A stretch of DNA of 64,000 nucleotides from the human T2T-CHM13v2.0 reference genome, Homo sapiens. Of the stretch, positions 54,289-64,000 are shown piece after piece. A model generated the notes under the pieces. It had not been told where the DNA came from and ran no database searches. It saw only the letters and a list, made by a program, of their open reading frames with translations. Made by a program: the position numbers and the translations under genes. Where the stretch lies: assembly GCA_009914755.4 (NCBI GenBank), contig CP068257.2, positions 14,528,001 to 14,592,000 on the forward strand, written 5' to 3'. The first letter of the stretch is position 1. Each line of letters begins with the position of its first letter.

Positions 54289-57200
54289 TAATGACAGGAT
54301 CAAAATCACACATAACAATATTAACCTTAAATGTAAATGGGCTAAATGCCCCAATTAAAAGACACAGACTGGCAAATTGGATAAAAAGTAAAGACCCATT
54401 GGTGTGCTGTATTGAGGAGACACATCTCACGTGCAAAGACACACAGGGGCTCAAAATAAATGGATGGAGGAATATTTACCAAACAAATGGAAAGCAAAAA
54501 AAAAAAAAAAAAAAAAAAGGGTTGCAATCCTAGTCTCTGATAAAACAGACTTTAAACCAACAAAGACAAAAAAAGACAAAGAAGGACATTACATAATGGT
54601 AAAAGGATCAATGCAACAAGACAAGCTAACTATCCTAAATATATAAGCACCCAATACAGGAGCACCCAGATTCATAAAGGAAGTTTTTAGAGACCCACAA
54701 GGAGACTTTTACTCCAACACAATAATAGTGGGAGACTTTAACACCCACTGTCAATATTAGACAGATCAACGAGACAGAAAATTAACAAGGACATTCAAGC
54801 CTTGAACTCAGCTCTGGACCAAGCAAACCTAATAGACATTTACAGAAGTCTCTACTCCAAATCAGTAGAATATACATTTTCTCAGCACATTGCACTTATT
54901 CTAAAATTGACCACATAATTGGAAGTAAAACACTCCTCAGCAAATGCAAAAGAATGAAAATCAAAACAAATAGTCTCTCAGTCCACAACACAATCAAATT
55001 AGAACTCAGGATTAAGAAACTCACTCAAAACTGCACAACTACATGGAAACTGAGCAACCTTCTCAATGACTACTGTGTAAATAATGAAATTAAGGCAGAA
55101 ATACATAAGCTTTTTGAAACCAATGAGAACAAAGACACAATGTACCAGAATCTCTGGGACACAGCTAAAGCAGTGTTTACAGGGAAATTTATAGCACTAA
55201 ATGCCCACAGGGGAAAGCAGGAAAGATCTAAAATCAACACCCTAACATCACAATTAAAAGAACTAGAGAAGCAAGAGCAAACAAATTCAAAAGCTAGAAG
55301 AAGACAAGAAATAACTAAGATCAGAGCAGAACTGAAGAAGATAGAGACACGAAAAAGCCTTAAAAAATCAATAAACACACGAGCTGGTGTTTTGAAAAGA
55401 TTAATAAAATAGTAGACCCCTAGCCAGAGTAATAAAGAAGAAAAGAGAGAAGAATCAGATAGACACAATAAAAAATGATAAAGGAGATATCATCATTGAC
55501 CCCACAGGAATACAAACTACCATCAGAGAATACTATAAACACCTTTACGTAAATAAACTAGAAAATCTAGAAAAAATGGATAAATTCCTGGACACATACA
55601 CCCTCTCAAGACTAAACCAGGAAGAAGTCAAATCACTGAATAGACCAATAACAAGCTCTGAAAGTGAGGCAGTAATTAATACCCTACCAACCAAAAGAGC
55701 CCAGGACCAGAAGGATTCACAGCCAAATTCTACCAGAGGTACAAAGAGGAGCTGGTTCCATCCCTTCTGAAACTATTTCAAACAATAGAAAAAGAGGGAC
55801 TCTTCCCTAACTCATTTTATGAGGTCAGCATCATCCTGATAACAAAACCTGGCAGAGACACAACAAAAAGAAAAGAAAATTTCAGGCCAATATCCCTGAT
55901 GAACATCGATGCAAAAATCCTTAATAAAATACTGCCAAACCGAATCCAGCAGCACATCAAAAAGCTCATCCACCACAATCAAGTTGGCTTCATCCTTGGC
56001 ATACAAGGCTGGTTCAACATATGCAAATCAATGATGAAAAACACATGATTATGTCAACAGATGCAGAAAAGGCCTTTGATAAAATTCAACACCCCTTCAT
56101 GCTAAAAACTCTCAATAAACTAGGTAGTGATGGAACATATCTCAAAAAAATAAGAGCTATTTGTGACAAACCCACAGCTAATATACTGAATGGGTCAAAG
56201 CTGGAAGCATTCCCTTTGAAAACTGGCACAAGACAAGGATGCCCTCGTGCTCAAAATAATATTGGAAGTTCTGGGCAGAGCAATCAGGCCAGAGAAAGAA
56301 ATGAAGGATATTCAAATAGGAAGAGAGGAAGTCAAATTGTCCCTGTTTGCAGATGACATGATTGTATATTTAGAATAACTCATCGTCTCAGTACAAAGTC
56401 TCCTTAAGCAAATAAACAACTTCAGCAAAGTGTCAGGATACAAAATCCATGTGCAAAAATTACAAGCATTCCTATACACCAATAATAGACAAACACAGAG
56501 CCAAATTATGCATGAACTCCCATTCACAATTGCTACAAAAGGAATAAAATACCTAGGAGTCCAACTTACAAGGGATGTGAAGGACCTCTTCAAGGAGAAC
56601 TACAAACCACTGTTCAAGGAAGTAAGAGAGGACACAAACAAATGGAAAAACATTCCATGCTCATGGATAGGAAGACCCAATATCATGGAAATGGCCATAC
56701 AGCCCAAAGTAATTTATAGATTCGATGCTATTCCTATCAAGCTACCATTGACTTTCTTCGCAGAATTAGAAAAAAAACTACTTTAAATTTCATATGGAAC
56801 CCAAAAGGAGCCTGCATAGCCCAGCCAATCCTAAGCAAAAAGAACAAAGCTGGAGGCATCACCCTACCTGGCTTCAAAATATACTACAAGGCTACAATAA
56901 CCAAAACAGCATGGTACTGGTACCAAATAGACCAATGGAACAGGACAGAGGCCTCAGAAATAATGCCACCCATCTACAACCATCTGATCTTTGACAAACC
57001 TGACAAAAACGAGCAGTGGGGAAAGGATTCCCTATTTAATAAATGGTGTTGGGAAAACCAGCTAGCCCTATGCAGAAAACTGAAACTGGACCCCTTCCTT
57101 ACACCTTGTACAAAAATTAACTCAAGATGGATTAAGGACTTAAACATAAGACCTAAAACCATAAAAACCTTAGAAGAAAACCTAGGCAATACCATTCAGG

Positions 57201-58057
57201 ACATAGGCATGGGTAAAGACTTCATGACTAAAACACCAAATGTAATAGCAATAAAAGCCTAAATTGACAATTGGGATCTCATTAAACTAAAGAGCTTCTG
57301 CACAGCAAAAGAAACTATCTTCAGAGTGAACAGGCAACGTACAAAATGGGAGAAAATTTTTGCAATCTATCCATCTGACAGAGGGCTAATATCCAGAATC
57401 TACAAAGAATTTAAACAAATTTACAAGAAAAAAAAACAACCCCATTAAAAAGTGGGTGAAGAATATGAACAGACACTTCTCAAAAGAAGACATTTATGCA
57501 GCCAACAAACATATGGAAAAAACCTCATCATCACTGGTCATTAGAGAAATGCAAATTAAAACCACAATGAGATACCATCTCATGCCAGTTAGAATGGTGA
57601 TCATTGAAATGTCAGGAAACAGCAGATGCTGGAAAGGATGTGGAGAAATAGGAATGCTTTTACACTGTTGGTGAGAGTGTAAATTAGGTCAACCATTGTG
57701 GAAGACAGTGTGGTGATTCCTGAAGGATCTAGAACCAGAAATACCATTTCACCCAGCAATCCCATTACTGGGTATATTCCTGAAGGATTATAAAACATTC
57801 TACTATAAAGACACATCCACAAGTATGTTTATTGCAGCACTGTTCACAATAGCAAAGTCATGGAACCAACCCAAATGCCCATCAATGATAGACTGGATAA
57901 AGTAAATGTGGCGCATATACACCATGGAATACTATGCAGCCATAAAAAAGGATGAGTTCATGTCCTTTGCAGGGACATGGATGAATCTAGAAACCATCAT
58001 TCTCAGCAGACTAACACAGGAATAGAAAACCAAACACCACATGTTCTCACTCGTAAG
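54289..58057 (+). pseudogene. L1 ORF2 (endonuclease / reverse transcriptase), heavily fragmented
   Basis: It starts MTGSKSHITILTLNVNGLNAPIKRHRLANWIKSKDPLVCCIEETHLTCKDT.. (the EN domain). An internal A22 expansion at 54496-54517 breaks the frame. There are at least 8 further frame breaks. RT-motif remnants are present (..[37 protein letters not shown]..; ..[62 protein letters not shown]). The C-terminus reads ..HMFSLVSGSGTMRTHGHREGDITHRGLLG. Confidence 0.9.
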
Positions 58058-59659
58058 TGGGAGTGGAACAATGAGAACACATGGACACAGGGAAGGGGAC
58101 ATCACACACCGGGGCCTGTTGGGGCGTGGGGGGGCTAGGGGAGGGATAGCATTAGGAGAAATAAATGTACATAGGTTTCACAAACCACTATGGCACATGT
58201 ACACCTGTGTAATAAACCTGCACGTTCTGCACATGTATCCCAGAACTTAAAATATAATAAAAAAAATTATGAGCATAATGGTACAGTCTCTCTATTTTGT
58301 TTAAGGGGAGTATCAAGTCAGAGTTTAGAGTGAATTATTTCTTTTAACTGCACAGTGTGATTCGTGAAGGTCAGAGTTGAGGTTCAGTGCAGTCAGGCTG
58401 GAAAGGTAGCTCCTGGCAATAAGAAGAGTGTGTGAATAAATAAAAGACGTGAGCTGTTTCCTAAGTTTACTTAATATTCAGATTAAATGAAAATTATGAG
58501 CCTGAATGTAGGAGTCTGGAATGAATATGAGTCAAAGATCACATGGAATTAATGTATTATAAAATGATATACAAGATAGGTTTAATTAATCTTCCTCAAT
58601 CATTCTTATTTTTCAGATCTTCAGGAATTTTACTGGGATAATTATCCAAATAAATTGCAAGCATTCTATCCAAATGGTAAGCAGAACATCTTATTATGTA
58701 ATCATATTTGTTTATCCATAATTAATATAACTTTCTGAGTATTGAAATGAGAAACTTGATTTACTCTTCTTCACTCATGTTTTAATTTTTTTATAAGAAA
58801 AACTAGAATCACTAAAGAATTTCTTTTTATTTTATTTAAAAATTATAATCCTGAGATGCAAATATATGCCATGTAAGCCTGGGAACTATTTAATCACTTT
58901 ACTCTAAAATCTGGTAAAAGGTAAAATTTCTGAAAATAGGTGACTGGCAAACATTTTGTAAACAATATATAAGAAGAATTGTATATCAAAATATACACAT
59001 AAAACTATCTTTTCAGATAATTATGTATCATTTATTTTCTTATAGCGAAATTATAAAAATACAACCTATAGCCTTCCATAGATACATAATTAACTATGTT
59101 TTGAAATGATATCCAATTCAGTACCCTCATACATTTGAAACTTTGATAAGCTGGTCTATCTTCACTTTGGGGATCATCTTCATTAAGAGTTTGTTTTCTC
59201 AAGTTTTGAGGTAGGATACATGAAGTCATTCTTCTTCTTTATAATTATGTGGCAGGAACTATCTCCCTGAAAACTTTATGCTTAAGTTTTTGACAATCAC
59301 ACTGTCAGTCAGGTGGTGCAAAGTCTTTTAATACTGTTTAATATAAGGGAGTTGTCTAAAATACGGATAGTTCTCCATCTGAGCTCATGACCCAAGCAAT
59401 GTGCTTCAAAATTGCATTTATTGTATTTTTCTTATTACAAATGATACTATGTTCATAATGGATAGATAAATTAGATACACATAAATACAATTAAAAAGCA
59501 TATTCTCACCACCTAATGTAACCTGTTAACCTTTTGTATAAATTGGTGAATGGTTTCAGTATATGAACACACAACCTACTGTAAAAATTCAAGAAATGAG
59601 TGTGATGATGATGTAAAATGCAGGTTCACCTTCTCTGTCCCTACTTCCTCTGCAGCTTG

Positions 59660-59865
59660 GGTATAAATGCCTGCTCCACCACCTGTTCTCTGTGTGAACT
59701 TTGGCAAATCCTTTACACTCTCTGGGCTGTCCTTTCTCATCTGCAAAATGGAGCTAATAATACATACCTAGCTGAAGGGGTTGTCTTGAGGATGAAATAT
59801 GTTAATACAAGTTAGGTGTATAGAACAGTGCCTAGCTCATAAGTGTTAGATATTACAAAATTACC
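59660..59865 (+). mobile_element. MIR SINE, nearly complete core and 3' region
   Basis: CTCTGTGTGAACTTTGGCAAATCCTTTACACTCTCTGGGCTGTCCTTTCTCATCTGCAAAATGGAGCTAATAATACATACCTAGCTGAAGGGGTTGTCTTGAGGATGAAATATGTTAATACAAGTTAGGTGTATAGAACAGTGCCTAGCTCATAAGTGTTAGATATTAC aligns along its length to the MIR consensus (CTGTGTGACCTTGGGCAAGTTACTTAACCTCTCTGTGCCTCAGTTTCCTCATCTGTAAAATGGGGATAATAATAGTACCTACCTCATAGGGTTGTTGTGAGGATTAAATGAGTTAATACATGTAAAGCGCTTAGAACAGTGCCTGGCACATAGTAAGCGCTCAATAAATGTTAGCTATTATT). Confidence 0.65.
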
Positions 59866-60990
59866 TATTGTATTTGAATTATTTTTTAGAATTCTTAAGA
59901 TGTGCCTATTTTGTATACTTATATCTCATTTAGCTCTTTATTAATGGCAATTATTCTTCAGTTAGTTATTTTGTGGTTCCAGATAGAATATCATATTTTC
60001 TAAAAACAATAACAATTTTAGATACTTTTATTTTTTTCCTTTTTAGCATCATACTTTTTTCTATTTTGAGTTCACTACTTATTGCCTTGGCTATGTCTTT
60101 CGGTGCAACATGAAATAACTGAATAATTCTTTGTTCTTTCTGATTTTATTAGGAATTACTTTCATGATTATAATTTGAGTACTGTGTTGACTATTTGTAT
60201 AAGTTTTATTCTTTTTCTTAAGAAGTAATTATATTCTTAATTAACTATATTTGATGATCAGAAGTTCCTGTTGATGTTCTATAAATCTCAATTAAATATA
60301 AATTAATGTTTTAAAATCTGTTGAGAAGATGACTTGGTTCTCCTCTCTAGGTCAGCAGATTTGCTAATATTATGTTACTCTTGCATAGCTGGAAGCTTAC
60401 TTTTATTACATACCTTAGCTCAATTCCTTTTTGTTTACTTGAGAATTCTAAAGAATATTCCAAAGTAAGAATGATATACACTATTTTTTATTGCTTGATA
60501 TCTATGTGGTACTATTAAGGACGTTATATCCACATTGAACTTCACAATATTTTCTGTGGAGTTACATATATGTAAAAATTACAAATAAAATAAAAACCTT
60601 ACTGGTAGAATATTCAGACCACAGAATCTATTTTGGAGGTGAAATTTAGAAAAAATGTTTTATTAATTGTTCTTTGAATTTTGTAGGAATTCTACCTTCA
60701 TTGAGTTAATTTCTAGTCTGACATTTAAAAAGTATTGCTCATTTTGTTAAGTTTTTCATTTTACTGCCACATATTTATAAACTATAGTCTTTTGGTTTGC
60801 AAAGTTATTGTTGAATAGGTTTGATAGACTCCTCATCATTTCTAATTTTTATGTGTTTTTCTTCATTTTTCACTGATATTTGTGTCAGAAGTTTCCCTGT
60901 TTTATAGCTTCTCTCAAAAAGCCAAAAGTGGAATTATGTACTTGTTTGATATATTTATCTTCCTGATTTATTAATTCTGCTTAATACCTA

Positions 60991-61073
60991 GTGTGTGTGT
61001 ATATATATATATATATGTATGTATGTATATACACACATACACACACACATATATATATATTTATTTATTTATT
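60991..61073. repeat. Compound microsatellite (GT)n(AT)n(GTAT)n(CA)n(TA)n(TTTA)n lying between an Alu TSD and its poly-A tail
   Basis: GTGTGTGTGTATATATATATATATATGTATGTATGTATATACACACATACACACACACATATATATATATTTATTTATTTATTA is directly visible. Confidence 0.92.
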
Positions 61074-61366
61074 ATTTTTTTTGAGACGAGGTCTTGCTCT
61101 GTCGCCCAGATTGGAGTGCAGTGGTGCAATCTCAGCTCACTACAACCTTCGCCTCCCAGGTTCAAGCAATTCTCATGGTGCCTCAGCTTCCTTGGTAGCT
61201 GAGACTGCAGATGTGTACCACCATGCCTGGCTAATTTTTGTATTTTTAGTAGAGATGGGGTCTTGCCATGTTGGCCAGGCTAGTCTCAAACTCCTGACCT
61301 CATGTGATCTGCTCAGGTTGGTGGATCAAAGTGCTGAGATTACAGACATGAGCCATCATGGCTGTC
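61074..61366 (-). mobile_element. Alu SINE, full length, divergent AluS/J-like
   Basis: T9 is followed by the reverse complement of Alu (GAGACGAGGTCTTGCTCTGTCGCCCAGATTGGAGTGCAGTGGTGCAATCTCAGCTCACTACAACCTTCGCCTCCCAGGTTCAAGCAATTCTC..GACATGAGCCATCATGGCTGTCC). A TSD (A/T)ACCTAGT lies at about 60985-60992 and 61370-61377. Confidence 0.85.
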
Positions 61367-64000
61367 CAAAACCTAGTCTATTTCTAATGCCATTTTTTAA
61401 ATTCTGAGATTTATTTCTATGAAAATATTTCTAAGTGTATCAGGTTGTATACACCAGGGTTTGAATATGATTGATTTTTTAAATGTTTTGGAAATATTTG
61501 AAAACAGTATGTAATCCTTGTCATAGACTTATTTGGATATAGTTCTATCAGTTCAGCACAGTTCATCATAATATTCAAATTTCGTGTTCTTATATTCTAT
61601 TTGCTGGACAGAGATGAGGCTAGTTTGTGCAAATTCTTAAAATGCCCAAGTGATCCATTTGGATTTATACAGTAGGCATAAAACTATTGAATATAAGCTG
61701 GTGAGTTATATGAGTAGACCCTATATAGGAAGATGAATCTTTGGGGGTATGAAAGATCAACTACAGTGGCGTACAACTAAGGCCAAATATAAGATTTAAG
61801 GATCTGTTTATTTCAGCATTTCTACTTTTAGGAATCTGACCTTAGAAATATCTTCCAGTCTTTGAAGGAAGGGTTTAGTGTTCTTAATCTTTCCCAAGCC
61901 AATTCCCGCCATCTTCTACTTTTCCTTCATCCAGTCCATTTCCTCCATCAGCTTTCCTTCTCAGTCCTTTTGTGACCTTCTGTGACATCAACTTCTTAAA
62001 TGTAAAATATAATGACTTTCTTGTCTCATGAATTTTATCCCCCACTTTTATTTTTAGAAACTTTGATATAGCTTGTAAAAGCCAAGACAAATTTCTACCA
62101 GAATTAGAGATATGGCATTCATCCAGCCAGCCATCAAACATTTTTGAAAACCAACTATCTGCTAGGCACCATGCTAAGAGGTAGAAAAAGCTGCCTCCCT
62201 ACAAGAGATAGAACCTTTAACCTCCATACGAAAGAGCTCTTAATCTTTTGCTTGAATTCTCCAAAGTTCAGCATCTCCAACTGACATTAATATATTTTTG
62301 ATTCGATGATCTGAAGACAACCAAAACTTTAATGAGCTCAGTCTTTATCCCTAACCTACCTCTCCTACTATTTCCTCTCCTGGTTGATGGCTGATATTAA
62401 TCTGTGCTAGAAACTTAATAGGCTGTCAATATATAATCTTTATTTAATTAATATTTTATGCTGTATCTTTATTCTGTCCTATCCTTAATCAAACTTCATA
62501 AAAGTCCTATTGATCACATCTTTACATGTATCCCAAACTTCTCTTTACCTCTGTATTTATTACCTCAGTTTTAGGACCACAACATATGCTTTTTGATTTT
62601 TTATAAACCACTAATTATTTTTATATCCCTACCTCTTTTGTCCGTCAGCTACACTCCTACCAGAATTTGCATATTATCATGACAGTCACCCATTGAAAAG
62701 TTTTTATGATTTTCGTTTGCGTAGAGGAAAAAACCAAAATCCTCAGGATGCATTCAGTTTTCTTCACAACCCAGTACCAAGTTTATCTCTTCTCAATTTA
62801 TTCCCTTTCTCCATCTCCATCATCCTCATTCCCCTGAATTTCATCACATCTAATTAATGTGCATCATGGCTTCTTCATACTTAGACCATGTTCTCACACA
62901 TAGTGGGTATTCAACCAATGTTTGCTGGTCATTATTTTGAAAAGGCAAAGGGCTAGATTAAGCAGGAGCATATGATCAATCACCTGAGTGGGTCAGACTG
63001 AGAAGACAGTTTAGTTGTTTAGTTGATAACTTATTGGAACTCTTGAAGTTTTATATTAGAATACCATGGAAATGGAATTCATAAATACAACTTAGAAATG
63101 ACCTAGTCTAAGCTATGTTTCCTGAATGTTGAGACCTGAAGTATCAGGGACTTGTTCAGAATGATAGTTGCAGCTGTTTAATACTATGAGATTTACTGCT
63201 CCCGAATCTGCGGCAACTGAGGTAAACAATGGTTTGAGTCCTGAGTAGGAATTTAAGAGACATGATGAACTGTAACTATTATTGATAGAAGTAGATTATT
63301 CTGACTTGATTCCAAACTGATTGCATACATGTAATTTACCTCCAAGGGTGTATAATTATGATTTTGCCTGAGGTATCTATATGGAAGTATTTATGAGGAT
63401 GCAATTTTCAGGGTTTTTTTTAAAAGCATGTAATTGGATATTTGATTTGTAACCTCTAAAATTAAGGTTAGAAATAGAGTCATGAGTGCTTCATGGAAGA
63501 CTTCAAATGGAGAGAGAGTGAATTAATTTAGTAGCTGCTTCATACAACTTGGCTCAAATAGAGATTGTAGTCTTTCTCCTAGTCTTTATCATATGAAAAG
63601 CAGCCAGGATAGATTTTCCTTGTTATATTTTTGTATAGTTGAAAGTTTTGAATCAAATTTTAAGTCTTTACAATTGCCTTTTTAAAATTTTAACTGTTTG
63701 TTCTTCGTTACTTCTTTCTAAATGTCAAGGTATATTTATTTACTCTTAATAATGTGATATGTAGTATTCCACAAACATTGTCAGTGACAAATCTTTTGAA
63801 CTAAAGAATAGATTGTTTGACCATTCCAGTAATTAAGGAAACTAGATTAAATATACAATGGTTGCACTGGTTTTTCAAACATTGATGAAGTAAACATTAT
63901 TCTCAATTGACTTAGTAGCCAGACATTCTTCTCCCAAGTCTTGAAAAATAAAATATTCAACTTTCTGTTCAGTTGAGTGGGGAGAGCTATAAATTTTGTT

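Larger units (their letters stand above)
51886..58267 (+). mobile_element. Full-length L1 LINE (~6.4 kb), older primate L1PA/L1PB-type with a long (~1.3 kb) 5'UTR; both ORFs are disrupted
   Basis: The 5' end GGGGAAGATAGCCAAATAGGAACACCTCTGGTTTGCAGCTCCCAGC matches the L1 5'UTR start (GGAGCCAAGATGGCCGAATAGGAACAGCTCCGGTCTACAGCTCCCAGC). ORF1 and ORF2 homology runs throughout (see the pseudogene entries). The 3' end reads ..CACATGTACACCTGTGTAATAAACCTGCACGTTCTGCACATGTATCCCAGAACTTAAAATATAATAAAAAAAA. A 12-bp TSD AAAAATTATGAG lies at 51874-51885 and 58262-58273. Confidence 0.92.

Noticed and set aside
53550-55412. 225-aa and 152-aa ORFs that look like real proteins
   Set aside because: They are L1 ORF1p and an ORF2p fragment inside the full-length but disrupted L1 at 51886-58267. 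They are retrotransposon pseudogene segments, not host genes.

Overview
This window is primate, almost certainly human, nuclear DNA. It is not prokaryotic or phage sequence. It is AT-rich, roughly 36-38% GC by eye, and interspersed repeats dominate it. I could place about 15 Alu SINEs, 12 of them on the minus strand, and most have recognisable target-site duplications (TSDs). There is one essentially full-length but coding-dead L1 LINE of about 6.4 kb at 51886-58267 with a 12-bp TSD. There are also two 3'-terminal L1 fragments, one of them nested inside a MaLR-type LTR. I found several MIR SINE fragments and many simple repeats: (GT)n, (CA)n, (TA)n, (ATT)n, and long polypyrimidine (CCTT/CCCT/CTTT)n tracts. 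I found no rRNA, tRNA, CRISPR array, operon or bacterial-style gene. I also found no convincing host protein-coding exon. Every long ORF in the six-frame track falls into one of three groups: L1 ORF1/ORF2 remnants, Alu-derived reading frames, or compositional artefacts of low-complexity tracts. The cue that the window may hold an undescribed biological system is not supported by the sequence. The things worth a second look are structural. They are a ~344-bp AT-rich palindrome near 2 kb, a young-looking Alu with a 47-nt pure A-tail and a G-quadruplex/GC-box insertion in the tail, Alu tails that have grown compound microsatellites, and a ~83-bp inverted repeat beside the nested L1/LTR. Two weak candidate exons with consensus splice signals are the only hint of transcription. 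By-eye repeat calling has limits: only about a fifth of the window is classified here. Older repeats such as L2, MER and DNA transposons almost certainly remain unrecognised, and the subfamily labels are approximate.
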